Origin: Dipteris shenzhenensis
Lineage: Eukaryota
Length of the DNA stretch: 64,000 bases
Assembly (NCBI GenBank): GCA_047967505.1
Contig: CM106538.1
Direction: 5' to 3' (one strand)
In this document: in pieces, positions 1-12,380 of the stretch
Numbering within the stretch: the stretch's first letter is position 1
Layout of the letters: the number at the start of each line of letters is the position of its first letter
Program-made: the position numbers and the translations under genes
The notes under the pieces: model-generated
Told to the model about the DNA's origin: nothing
The model's input: the letters and a program-made list of their open reading frames with translations, nothing else
Database searches by the model: none

Positions 1-1905
1 GAGATTTAATGTAAGGCATAAGCATTAACCTAAGTTCATCGTGTGGAAGTTTTCCCACAGTCGCTCAAAGTCCCTCATACGCCTTGAACCTCCTTTTTCC
101 TATGTTTTCTCTCGCCACTGCTCACGGGGATCGTGTGGAGCAATAAAGTATGCAAGTTGCTTATGACACTTAGAGCATCAACTTCATAGGGTGATCGGAT
201 ATCGTTTTCTGTGGCCAAATGTGTGATGCTATGATTTTTTCAAAAATAAGGTATCTCTTGTGCCTACCACGACCCATTGCGGCCGAAAAAGAATGACTAA
301 CCGTATCTAGCTCTTCTGATATGCATCAAAGGCTAAGCTAAGTTATTCGTCGAAGGGATGCACAGTTTCTTCGTCGGTATTTCAAGCGCTCTTTTACGTG
401 CTAAATCCTCTGGGATTCAGCTCTCCTAGATCTTAATGGAAGTCCTTGCTTCTTCGTGCTCCTGGAGCTTTATACTCATTAGAAGCAAATGCCTTGCTTC
501 AGGTCAGGTCGTCGACTAGGGACTGGGGCGCTATCTTATTTTGGAGTGTATATGGACTATGCACTTAGTGTTGCGAGCTAGGTTACTTCTGATCTACAGA
601 TACAAGGTAACACAGAAGTAAGCGAATGGTTCCAAACAGGTCATAAAGTAGTTGTAGGAGTTCGTCTCCTTTTTTAATCCGGGCTCTCCTTGCGATAATG
701 GCCAGAGGGTAACTCTGAGACTCCCATGTCCTCGATGCCTGGGGGTGGCATCTCGTGGCAGGTTCCCTCGTTCCGAAGCAAAGGGAGGCTGTTCCAACGT
801 CTGGCTTCGGCTAAGCAAGTTTCAGAGCTAACGTGAGCCTATGTTGGAAAGACGACGAGGGGGAGGCGGGTTGCAACGCAGTAGACCTTAGAGAAGCAGC
901 TTCTGTCTTGGCTGCGGGCTTGCAAAGTCGCAACCACTAGGTATGGGCGCATGCAAGATGGCCATGCGTCATTGCTACTCGCTTCATCAGGCTCATGAGA
1001 GCCCTCCGCTGTTGTTTTTGTGTTCTGCGTCTCCCATGCAAGCTTTGTTGTTGGAAGAGCTTCAAGAAAGGGAGGGAGGGCGATGCCATTCCATGGTAGT
1101 GCGGGAGCGGGGGGGAAATATTGGATCTGTGGCACTTACGTGTGCACCCTCCATTTTGTGGAGAGTGTGCTTCAAGGGTCCTCGGTAGCAGTGAAGAGCC
1201 TTGTCAAGGGTAGGTTGTCATGCTAGGGTCCTCCTTTTGTGCACAAGAGCTTGGAGCTTCTTGGAATCCAGTCCGTCGAAGATTTCAGGGAGATTACAGT
1301 TGGGTCTTCATAGGCATCTCTAGGCATTGGGCTCAAGGCACCTTGGATTCCGTCTGGGGTGGTTTCTTGGACTATCCGTTGGAGGCTTTGCAAAGGGTGG
1401 GAAGGCGGGAGGAGGGATTTGTTTGTGCCCTCGTGCTCATGTACTATGCACTTTCTATAGGCTCCATTAAATCATACTCATGCCACCTATCTTGGGGGTT
1501 TCTTTTCTTCATTGCCCATGAGTTTCATGGGGAAATGGGGGCGGTGGTGGAGGGCTTGGTATGAGCGGCTCCTCTCCATCTCCAGTCCTACCCCCTTACT
1601 TTAGTCAAATATCATCCCTTAACCATAGCGTACTTTTTGTGCTCTATTTTACTAGGCCTAAAATGTTATTTGGATCCCGGGATTTAGTTGATGCTCTTCC
1701 GCCTCTTTGAGGGGGTCCATCATGGGGGTTTGTAGATGCCCCTAGTTTTTCGATTAAATGTCCCCTTTAATTATTCCCTTTGTAGTTGATCCTTTATCCG
1801 GAAGCGAGTTGTTCCATCCATGGGATCTCGATGGGGATCAAGTCCCTTCCCTCTTGGGGGTGGGTGTGTGTGTGTGTGTGTGTGTGTGTTTAAAATAAAA
1901 AACCT
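1..1905 (+). mobile_element. Decayed L1-like LINE, 3' part of ORF2 (RT C-terminus / zinc-finger region) and 3' tail
   Basis: Fragmented frames resemble the plant L1 ORF2 C-terminus (e.g. GRCHSMVVRERGGNIGSVALTCAPSILW, like a degenerate CxxC..E..H..C..W zf-RVT). The region ends in (GT)n plus an A-rich tail at about 1864-1902. Heavily mutated. Confidence 0.4.
1864..1889. repeat. (GT)n microsatellite
   Basis: Directly visible. Confidence 0.95.
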
Positions 1906-2189
1906 TTTAATAGCATGGTGCACAAAGCTCAGATAAGGGTAGATAAAAAATTATTTATTACATGGTTGTTCATGCAAAGTGTAAAACATTATAATGCCGA
2001 TGTAGTCTTGACAAGCATCTTACTTATTGAAGAGGAGAATCTGCATACCTGCCACCATCCAACAAGAAAACATGATAAGAACCAAGTTCACTTAAATTGG
2101 GAAGACATGTGTCATAAACCTTCCTCCCTTGGCCATAAACTTAACTAGCACCATATAAGAAATTAAGTGTAAAAGATGGGTTTTATAAG

Positions 2190-3120
2190 TGTGGAAATGT
2201 AATTACAAAGGAGGGGGGGGGGGGAAACAATTTCGGAGGGAGGAGGGGGTCAATTAGAAGGTAAACATAGAAGGGGAATTACAAGGAAAACTAAAGGGAA
2301 AATAATAGAGAAGGGGGAGGGAAGAAGAACCGAAAATAATAAATATTTAGCAACAACGGGGGACGATACCTACATAGAGAGGAGGGGGAAGAATATGTAT
2401 ATAGAGAGGGGGGAGGAAAAGGTTAGATATCAATCCTTGAGAGGGGAACTTAGGTGCTAATATTGAGAGGGGGGGTTAGATATTAATATTTGAGAGGGGG
2501 GGAAATATATATAGAGAGAGGGGGAACTTAGGTACTAATATTAAGAAGGGGAGATTTAGATGTAGACATATAGAATAGGGGGGGTATGTATCAGAGGATA
2601 GAGGATAGAAATTATAAGGTGAAATTTAGAAATTATAAGGGAGAGAAAAAAAAGGGAGAAAAATAAAAAATAAAAAACTAGGGGGAATTGTAATGAAATC
2701 AATGCTATGAATGTAATGAAGAAATTAAGAAAGTAAAAAATACTTCATTGAAAAAAAGTAGATTTAAAGTATATAGTACTAAGTTTAATTAAATGACTAA
2801 AGCAATGGGGAGAGGGGGAAGATATAATGTAAAGGAGGGGGGAATCATATAATTGGAGAGGGAAATTTAGAGGGGAGAAAAAAAGAAGGGAGAGGGGGAA
2901 GATAGAATGTAAAGGATGGGGAAGATATAACATCATTGGAGAGGGAGGGGAGGAGTAATTGGAGAGGGAAAGGAAAGGGGGGTTTAAATTAACAGAAAGG
3001 GGGGGTAATTGGGGGGCAAAGGAAAGGGGGGTAATTGGGGGGGCACAGGAAAGTGGGGTTTAATGTATGAAAGACAAAATGAAGGGGAAGGGGGAGGGGG
3101 AGGATTAACTATATGAAATA
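2190..3120. repeat. Purine-rich (G/A) low-complexity tract with many G-runs
   Basis: About 900 bp, strongly C-poor on the + strand, with recurrent GAGAGGGGG / GGAAAGGGGGG motifs. Confidence 0.85.
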
Positions 3121-3519
3121 CAAATAATAGAAAAAAAAGGAGACCTAAAAAAGCATTTAAAAGGTGCAACCGTGACTTTGTGTATAGCAGACAGACGGCC
3201 GGGACGATGACTTGAAAGATCACCACACAATAGAACAACAGAGTGCAGCACGGGTTTGGGGGGAGGCAACATGCTAAGGAGCGATATGGAGTAATGGAGA
3301 TGTGATGCTACCGCACGGGCTAGGAGAATTAGCATGAGATGGCACCGTCAGAGAGCTTGGGGTTCTATTGGGAGTAAATGAAGCTTGGAGCTCGGAGCTT
3401 GGAGAGGCAGCTAGCGACAAGATGGTGGGGGTTGTGGGGCAGACTGTAGGCAATTTTAAGGAGATGTGAGGGCAGTTGAGAGCTACTTACCGGGTAGGGC
3501 AGTAAGAGGGAGTGTGTGA

Positions 3520-3890
3520 GGGAGTTTTCAAGCTTGATGCTATGTCAGATCTTGGTCCTTTGCACAAGTATCTAGGCATTCAATTTGCTAGTAGTGAGGG
3601 GGGTATTTTCATGCCACAATCCAAGTACATTGGACAACTTTTGCAACGTTTTTTAGTCTGGGTATTGCAAGCTCGTATCCACACCATTAGAGCTTGGTTT
3701 TCATTTATCATCCGAGGATGACAATGGTGCATGTGATATCACTCTCTATTAGCAAGAAGTTGGTTGTTTGATTTATTTATGACATCCCAAGCCAGATCTT
3801 CAATATGATGTCTCACTGTTGAGCAGATATATGCACAGCCGCTTACACACCATTGCCATACCGTGAAGCGTGTCTTCAGGTATCTCCAAG
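3520..3890 (+). mobile_element. Ty1/Copia reverse transcriptase fragment
   Basis: AMSDLGPLHKYLGIQF...MPQSKYIGQLLQRF and downstream VKRVFRYLQ match Copia RT motifs. Stops and frameshifts present. Confidence 0.85.
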
Positions 3891-3959
3891 AGCATTTTCA
3901 TCTACACACTTGCAGGACCACATAGTTTTTGTTCTATGCATATGTATATTCTAAAATAA

Positions 3960-4730
3960 AGAAGCAAAAATGTGCAGAGGCATAAACCAAGATAACCTTG
4001 CCCATTTGGATCCAAATGTAAACTTCATGGCCGTGCCCATATCCTTTTCAATCTTGTCCTTGTATGATTGCAATGTCCTCGAGTCCACATTGCTGCAATC
4101 CATGTCTTGAAGTTGTGGTGGTGCAATGGTTTACAGATGGCCATAGCTTGATGATGTCGTTGGAGTGATGTATGTTGCATTATACCAATACACATTCTTC
4201 ATTCGCAAGGAGGCCAACTTCTCCCCGGCATGCATTTGCTTACCTAAATCCTCGTGAATCGCAGTGAACTTGCCTTTGAACTCCTTGAAGTCCAAAGGGA
4301 AAACATCTGCCACCATGAATAAGAGCTCTTAGAAGCCAAACACAAAATTTCCAAATGGACTCATTACACTTACAGGTGAAAAAGGTACATAGATAGAAAG
4401 GCTCATAGTGTGATGGTATCCTAGATTGATTGAATGATGGAGGAAGCCGCATATCTTTTCCCATGTAAACATGTTGCACTTTTGCGAGCCATCCTTTCTT
4501 CATAAACTTGAACTTCAAGATGCGCCCCTTCCACTCATGTAAGATGTCACCTCTGGGTCACCTCTCTTGCTCTTAGAAAGCTTATGTGGACCTTTGGCCG
4601 ATTCTTTCATCACTATCTAGTCATTTAAGCTGTAGGTGCAAGGGATCCACTCATCCAATGCATTTTTGGTGTTATGGAAGACACAAGAGGTCATAGCATT
4701 GCATGGTCTTATAGCCTTGCTCCTCACCAT
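3960..4730 (-). pseudogene. Degenerate BAH-domain-like gene (probably one phase-1 intron)
   Basis: Manual reconstruction from ATG 4730: ...CTYSLND*IVMKE...KRGDILHEWKGRILKFKFMKKGWLAKVQHVYMGKD...(intron ending CAG at 4307)...YVFPLDFKEFKGKFTAIH...KNVYWYNATY. This follows BAH motif order (TYxxGD-V; ARI; AKVQWFY; ELF..D...GKCTVH; FFC..Y). One frameshift is removed exactly by deleting one copy of an AGAGGTGAC tandem duplication (11-bp period, about 4546-4565). Confidence 0.55.
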
Positions 4731-4784
4731 GCTTGCAGAGGTTGCAATAGCAAGAATGGGACTCTTACATAGGGCAATGTAGCT

Positions 4785-4989
4785 CTAACACAGGCACAAA
4801 AGAGGGAGAAGGAGAGGGACAAAGCAGCAGCAACAACAAAGGCACAAGAGAGGGAGAAGGAGAGGGACAAAGTAGCTCCAACAGAGGCACAAAATAGGGA
4901 GAAGGAGAGGGACAGAGCAACAGCAACAGAGGCACAGGAGAGGGAGCGAGAGCAGGACACAGTAGCTCGAATATAGGCACAAGAGAGGA

Positions 4990-5020
<31 letters not shown>
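4785..5020. repeat. About 45-48-bp minisatellite (GGCACAAxAGAGGGAGAAGGAGAGGGACAxAGxAGC...) x 4-5, followed by (GA)n
   Basis: Directly visible tandem units. Confidence 0.85.
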
Positions 5021-5581
5021 GAGCTATAGCAAGCAGGCCAGAGAGAGAGGAGCTATAGCAAGCAGGAGGGAGCAAAGAAAGAGGGGGAAGAGGGAAATGC
5101 ATGGGATTTGGTTCAAATGGAGTGATTTGGTAGGCTAGACCAGAATAGTGGGGGGAAGAGGCCCAGGGGAGAAGAAAATTTTGCCAGAAGGGCCCTACCA
5201 TCCCATTGAAGGTAATTTTGGGCTCATGTGGGGAGGTGCACCTGGTAGGAGGGTCAAACATGGGTTAAGAGGGGGGGATGGTTTGGGTGGTCCCTAGTGT
5301 AAGGGGAGCAACCAATAGGGGCTCTCTGCAGGCCTGCCCACCCTCCATCTCAACATACCATTGCCCCACACCTTCTAGCACTCTCATTGGTGCACCTCAA
5401 ATCACTCTCTAATCCCTTGAAATTAGGAAACACTGATTGGAGGCCCTTTTGAGACCCCAATTCTCCCCTAATGATAAGAGACACCTATAAGAAGAATATT
5501 CTAGTGTGAAGGAAGCATCCAAGAAGAAGAGGATGAGTTAGATACTGAAGAAGAAACCAAAGAGGAGTTCCAAGGATGAAG

Positions 5582-6000
5582 GGAGGAAAGGATGAAGCAA
5601 GAGCGGTTAAATAAGCAATCTCTCACAAGGAGCTAGCACAAAAAGAGAGGCAAGCTTGAGGTCCTCCTCTAGTGAAGAGTTATGGGTTCAAACCGGGCAT
5701 TGTGGCACTTTGGGAGATCTACAAGTGTCAAAAGTCAATCGATCTCCTTATCCACAAGGCGAGCTTTGCCAAAGTGATACATGAGGTCATGCATGATCTC
5801 AACTAGATTGCTACATCTAGGTGGTTCATGTGAGTGGTTGTAGGGGCCCCTTGGCATATTTTGATAGATGCCCTTCTTGACTTGCATCATGCAATTGAGG
5901 CATACTTGGTAGACCTCATGGATGATGTCCAACTTGCTGCCATCCATAGGATCAAGGTCACCATGACGGAGGGATTTGAGGTAGACCAATGGGAGTGCTC
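5582..6000 (+). pseudogene. Histone H3 / CENH3-like pseudogene, intronless, long loop 1
   Basis: A single frame reads ..HKELAQKERQA*GPPLVKSYGFKPGIVALWEIYKCQKSIDLLIHKASFAKVIHEVMHDLN*IATSRWFM*VVVGAPWHILIDALLDLHHAIEAYLVDLMDDVQLAAIHRIKVTMTEGFEV. It aligns to H3 ([39 protein letters not shown]...[30 protein letters not shown]). Four in-frame stops lie between 5582 and 5833. Confidence 0.9.
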
Positions 6001-6052
6001 ATTTCTATGGATCGATGCCATGTTAAGGTGGAAATGGACACATAAGAACTCA

Positions 6053-7200
6053 TGATAAGAGTTTCCACAGGCTACTCCTCTCATACGAGGCACTAAACAA
6101 ATATAGATAGGGGAGAGAAGAAGATTGGAGACAAAGAGAGAGAGCATGCCACAAATGACTAACTATACACTAGATTTAGTTGAAAATATTCAATATATAC
6201 CAAACCCCTTTAGGGTTAGGATTAGGGTTTCCAACCCTTGTTCCTTTTAGCACTCTTTTGTTAGTTTTTGCACAATATCAAACATGATGTTAAGATGAAT
6301 TGTCAACATCTTCCCTCAAGATCAACATCATGAAGTAGGCCTTTCCTCAAGATGATAATTAATACTTCTACAAAGTGGATTGCTATATAACGTATACCTT
6401 TGCTGTAACATCATATCCTAGCTACATCCTCTACTGCCATTTGATTTCCATTTCACCTCTCCTACAAGAGTGCCTACTTGTCTTCAACTTTGGAGCATTT
6501 TTCCTTGCTGTAATTTTGGTCAAAGTCACTTGGTAAGCTCCTATTGCATTGACTTCTTTTATTTCTAGCAAAATAGTCTTTCTTTTGGTTCCTTAGAATT
6601 GTGGAAAGGTCTCGTATTGCCTTGGAAGGCCCCGTGTTTCCTTTGGAAGTCTTTTTACAGTAGGTACACTTTGTGACAATCACATATTTGTAGTGGAAAG
6701 ACTTTGAAACTTGTGCTAGTAAATTGCTTTTGGATTTGGTTGGGAGATTGCACTCCTTTCATTTGCAATGTCATGTGGTGCTTTTGCCTTGCATTTTTGC
6801 ACTGTCTGGCAACAAGGATGACTTGTTTGGGAAGCTTGGATCTGAGGACAAAATTGATGGCATAAATAACTGTATGGGCTTACATCCTTACATGATAGGG
6901 CATGTCTTGGGTGCCAAGAATTTTTGGAACATTTTTGTAGGTATCGAGGTCAGATCAACTAGACCTAATGCCTCTGGTACATCTGGTAATTCCTCTCGCT
7001 CATATAGTGATGGGTCTAATGCTTCTTCCACTATAGCTCCTTCTTCCACATACCACTACTACAGCTGCCTCTTCCACTATAACTGCTTTTCCTCCTACTT
7101 AGGAGCAAATTCATGGGACTGTCGTGATGCAAAACACATGCCTTAATTTCTCCACTAGTAAAAAGGGTTATTATCCTCATATCCATTCATGCAAGACAGT
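6053..7200 (-). mobile_element. Copia 3' remnant: RNase H debris, PPT (6309-6318) and 3' LTR 6053-6308
   Basis: On the minus strand, TGAGGGAAGA is followed by TGTTGACA...TTATCA (256 bp, TG..CA). Upstream frames resemble a degenerate Copia RNase H end. Confidence 0.6.
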
Positions 7201-7239
7201 AAACAAGCATGGTATCGGCTTGCCTTCTTATATTAGGTG

Positions 7240-10200
7240 CGGAATGAGGCTAGAGTGGCCTATCTCCGCAAGTAGCTGAAGGACTTAAAGCTTGAATAGG
7301 GTGGTAATATGGATACCTATCTTACGAGTGTTAAATAATTGAAAGAGAAGTTGGCAAATATTGATAAGGTAATCCCAGATTCTTAGCTTGTATCCATGAC
7401 ACTTGATGGATTGCCTGATACATACCAGGGTTGTGCCACTACTTTGCGGGTGCTTGCCATGGGCAATGCCAACCACTACACTTTTGACCGATTGGTTGCC
7501 CTTTTGCTTACAAGAAGAACAAAGCCATGTGAATAGAAATGCTTTTATGGCTAGTCATCAAGCCTTTGCCACACAGCATAGAAACAAGGGCAAGGGGAAA
7601 GTTTCAACTGGTAAGCCCACTCATACACATGCTGATCATTCCTCTGATGCATCTTTTTCTGGAGAGAAGTGAAAGAAAAAGAGATGTAACTATTGCAGGA
7701 GACCTAGGCATGACATCACTAAGTGCAAGAAGAGAATTGCATTCAAAAAGAAGAAGAAGGGGTCAGGTCTTGCAATTTCTAGTGCTCCTAGTACAAATGA
7801 CATGCATCAGACAACCAATTTTGCACATAATCACCTTTGAGCTTTTCTTGTTACTTGTCAGTACAATCCTTCTATTCGTGATGCCTGCATGACAGTTTCT
7901 AATGGTTACGATGCATGGTTTTTTTATAGTGGTGCTAGCAAGCACATCACTTCCTCCAGGAAGTTATTCATCTCACTTGCAGATGCACCAAAGGGGGGAA
8001 TAGTTATAAGTGCAAATAATGCATCTTATTTAGTAAAAGGCTTTGGGAAAACTACCATTACTTCAGTGTTCTGGTGGTCTAGTCACTCTAGACAATGTAC
8101 TCTATGTACCAGGCGTCCACAAAAACCTCATATCCATTTCAGTTGTAGCTACTTGCAGATATCAGGTTCTTTTTTTACTTAGAGTACTTTATAGACTTGA
8201 TGCATATGACAAATGCTTAGATGATGCTAGACTTGTAGATGTAGATACTTATGTTGCTGATGCTTCTACCATGACAGATTCTCATTTATGGCATGAGAGG
8301 TTTGGACACCTTAACTTAGAAGATTTGGTAAAGTTGCGTAAAGTAGATATGGTAGCTGATCTTCCTAAGATTCATATGCCTTCCGACCATGTCTGTGAAG
8401 CATGTTTACTTGGAAAAATGCACCATTTTGCATTTCCCAAGGATGGGAGAGTTGGTACACTCATCAGGTTGTACTTGATTCACATTTATGTTTGTGGCCC
8501 TATGAGCATTGCAACCATAGGTGGATTTTACTATTTTGTGACTTTCATTGATGATTTCACTAGGTACACCTGGATTTTTTCTCTAAAGTCCAAATCTCAA
8601 ATCTTCACATGCTTTAAGCATTTTATTACTTTGGTAGAGATGAAAGTGGATGAATACATGTCAAAAGAGTTTGCTGATTATTTGCCCTCACATGGCATAC
8701 ATCATCAATGCACTGTGCCTTACACTCCCCAGCAGAATCCCATGGCAAAAAGGAAGAATAGATCAATTATGGAGATGGCCAGGTTAATGCTCAAAGGGAA
8801 GCACTTGCCTAACAAATTGTGGTTGGATTGTCATGTGTCCAAATTATATTTTGAATAGATGCCCAAACAAGGCATTGAAAACCATCACACCACATGAGGT
8901 GCTGCCATAAGCCCAAGATTTCTCACGTGGACTTTTAGTTGCTTGACATATGCACATGTGCCTTCATAGACATAGACAACGTTGGATGACAAAGTTGTCA
9001 AATGCATTTTTATTGGGAACTGCTCAAAAATCAAGGGCTACAAGCTCCACCAACCCTGTACAAGCAAATTCTTTGTTAGTAGAGATGTTTTTTCTAATGC
9101 CATGCCTTTGCTGGATTGTCAAAAACATCCACAATTGATGCACTAGATACTTTTGAGAGCTTGATGCCTTTGTTTTAGTCAGACCGCCATGATGATGCTA
9201 CATCTAAGGTTCCTCCTCGTCCTTCTACTGGTCATTTATGGCCACTTGTGCAGTCTAAAAATTAGTAGCATTTACAGCCTAATATGCCTCTAATTCATCA
9301 TGATATTAGGCACAGGGAAATTGACCAAGAGAGAGCTGAAAGGGTTATGCACAACAACAAGTCACTAAATTTGAAGAAACTTGTGCCCCCACTTCCAAGA
9401 ACACCACTATCAGGATTGTTCCTTCCTTTGTTGCTCATTTCATTGGGAGGTACATCAGCTTGACATGAACGCAGCATTTCTTCATGGGCACTTGCAAGAG
9501 GAAGTCTACAAGGCCAATCCTTCACTTGTCATGCGTGGATTCACTAATAGTGATTGGGCTGGCTGTTCCCACACCGTGTGTCACATAGTGGCAATTGTTT
9601 CATGCTTGGTACTTCATGCATCTATTGGTTCAACAAGAAGCAGACTACAGTTGCTACACCTAGTTGTGAGGCTGAGTATACAGCAGCTTTCCTTGGAGGG
9701 TACTGATGTGTCGTGGAGATCTTATTGGAATGTGATTGGAGAGCTCTCCTCCAATCCACCCTCATTGAGAGAAACACGAGCAAAGGATGTTCAAAAGTAT
9801 ATAGGGTTGTTGCAATCATGCATCCACAATGAGAAGAAGGGGGAGAGGGGAGAGGAGATGAGATGGAGAGAGAGATAGTGAGCAAGGGAAGGGGAACCGT
9901 GGCATTTAGAAGATCCAAGAGAAGGAAACAAGGGCACAAGTTATAGAAGAAGAAAGCTTGTACTCCTCAAACCTTGCATACACCCACTAAAGAGCAAAGT
10001 CAAAGATCTTGCCTTTTATACGTGCCACCTTTTGAAGGGAGCGCCACAGTGGAGTGTGTTTGGCTCCGAAAGTTACTTGCAGATCTCCATGTATGTCCGA
10101 TAGCTCCTACCTTCATCTTCACTGATAGTCGGAGTGCTTTGGCTATTGCACAGGATCCAATTTTCCATGCTCGCACAAAGCACATTGAGGTCCATTATTA

Positions 10201-10721
10201 GTATGTTAGAGAGAGATTGTTAGCAAGTGATATTCAGTTGTCTTATCTTCCCCCTGAAGACAATTTGGTAAATCTCTTTACGAAAGCTCTTCCTCGACCT
10301 AAGTTTGAAGCTTTCTGGCAACCGTTGAACGTAGTACCTTTTGTAACTTGACCAGTTATGCTCTGTACAGTCATAGGTTGCTATATCCATATAGGATGAA
10401 CATGTGCAACCATGACATTAGTATGCTGAGACATGTCTAAGATACTTCAGCGCATACCATGGAGGGGGGTTTGTAGGTCATCCCATGGGCTACCCATCGG
10501 TGCTTTCTATTCCTTGGTATGTGCCTTATAGGCCTCAATATAGGTAATTAGGATGTATGGTACATTTAGTACAAGTGGTACTACTAGGACACCTTATCCT
10601 AGGGAACTTTGTACTTCATTTCCATTAATTAAAGCTGTATGGCTTTGCTCATTGGCTTCCACCTCCATTTCTTCCATTGCTTGCCCTAGTCTACATGGAA
10701 ATTGTGTGTAAAAACTTTACA
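7240..10721 (+). mobile_element. Decayed Ty1/Copia element (gag-PR-INT-partial RT-RH, PPT, 3' LTR 10472-10721)
   Basis: Degenerate zinc knuckle CNYCRRPRHDITKC, protease WFFYSGASKHIT, integrase WHERFGH..CEAC..FIDDFTR..YTPQQN, RT VHQLDMNAAFLHG, RNase H FTDSRSALAIAQDPIFHARTKHIEVHY. PPT GGAGGGGGG at 10461 is followed by TGTA...TACA. Most of RT is deleted; there is an unrelated insert at about 9692-10042. Confidence 0.9.
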
Positions 10722-10729
10722 AGAAGCTC

Positions 10730-12380
10730 TACCAATTCCTTGCCTTCATTAGTGAATGCTCTTCCTTCATATCAGGCTCACCAAATGAAGCATGGATGCC
10801 ATAGGGATGATCCATACGAAGATACCTTCTATATCAATGGTTTTCATATACCACTTTTCCAATGCATTTTTGTTAACATTCTTTCGCAACATTTTATGAA
10901 TATCATATGCATCTCTTGATAGCAAGCTACCAAAATTGTGACACCCCTTTATATTTGACATCTCCTGAATCCTTAATATCTTCATTTGGAAGCTCCATTT
11001 CCTCAAGCACCTTACAAGTGACCCTACTATGGAATTTGGATCAAATGGTCAATATCCCATTGCAATGTAATTCTACTTCTGTGAAGCATAATCTCTACAT
11101 TGTTGTCTATGTAAGTAGCCTTGGATGATTACTTTGGCCATATCCACATGCTTCCATGCTTGTCATATTGTCCCTCTATTTCCATGACTTGCTTTCCTAG
11201 CCCCTTGATCATAAGAAGCTTTGTACCTATGAAAAGAAGCCTTTGATATTCACGTATTGTGTACCATGCTTTTCTATAGACAACATCTCCACAAAATAGC
11301 ATAGTTATACCCCTTTCTTTCCCTTCTTTTTTCATGCTTAAAGCATTTCATATATATACGTAACCTAGATATCCCATGTTGCTTGTACATATGACACTTT
11401 TACCTTGATCCATATGATTCTTACAAATATTTTCTCTAATTGCTAGGTACTACCCCTCTAATTAGGGCCTTATGTAGACCCTATAGTTGGACCCCTTAAG
11501 TGACCAATTGTAGGACCATTAGATACACAAATGGTAGAAGCACAAGTATATGTTGCTGATGTGGCAACATGTTTGCTACCCACATGGCAATCTCTCTATC
11601 ACTATATAGGAATCCTTAGGCCAAATTGAAGATCAAGCAAACCTTACAAATTGCCACTTGAATGAACTAGAAGATCCATGAGAAAACCTTACAAAAATGT
11701 CATCAATATATTAGAACATCCAAAACAGGAAGCAACATAATTCTCTTTACTCAAATGAATTAGGTTACATAGGAGGAGCATGGCTCGAAGGCTTTCTTGA
11801 AAGTTCCCATGAAAAATATTATCTCCTTCTTCTAAGAAGAACAAGTTAGAAACCTCAAAAATATAGAATACATTTTGATAATGGAATGGACATCCACATT
11901 AATGTCACAGTCCTTTAAAATGGATTTCCTTTTGTTTCAGCTCTATTTTTTATAATTTCTAAATTTGAACAATCTGGAGCTTGCATATAGCAAAAATCTC
12001 ACAGGTTAGCTCTTACTATGATGGTATTTCAAAACCACCATAGCCAACATGCACGTCACATTCTCATACTCTGCATTCATAAAAGAGACGAGGAAAGAAG
12101 GGTGGGTGACATGGGTAAACGGAGTGGGGAGGAGGGGGATTTGGAGCACTGAAGAGGACTTGATAGTTGTGTTCTGTAATTTGTCTAATTGACAAAAGTT
12201 TCTTGCTGAGCTTCGGAACATAGAATACATCTTTCACCAATCCTTTCATACTAGTGAAATTGTTCATAGGGAAAATGCTTTTCCCTTGAACTAGATTTGG
12301 TGTGTTATCTGCCATGTAGATAACATTCTTGGGTCCTTCTAATGATTTCATCTCTGTAAACCACTCTTGATGCTTTGAAG
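10730..12380 (-). mobile_element. Fragmented Copia pol remnants and LTR-like debris
   Basis: VKDVFYVPKLSKKLLSIRQITEHNYQVLF (protease-adjacent) at about 12.15-12.25 kb and RT-like debris at 10.75-11.3 kb. Confidence 0.6.

Noticed and set aside
4785-4985. Regularly spaced repeats, possible CRISPR-like array
   Set aside because: Contiguous degenerate tandem units with no unique spacers, in a eukaryotic context; it is a minisatellite.
6210-6230. TTAGGGTTAGGATTAGGG as telomeric sequence
   Set aside because: Only about three degenerate units inside an LTR (telo-box-like), not an array.
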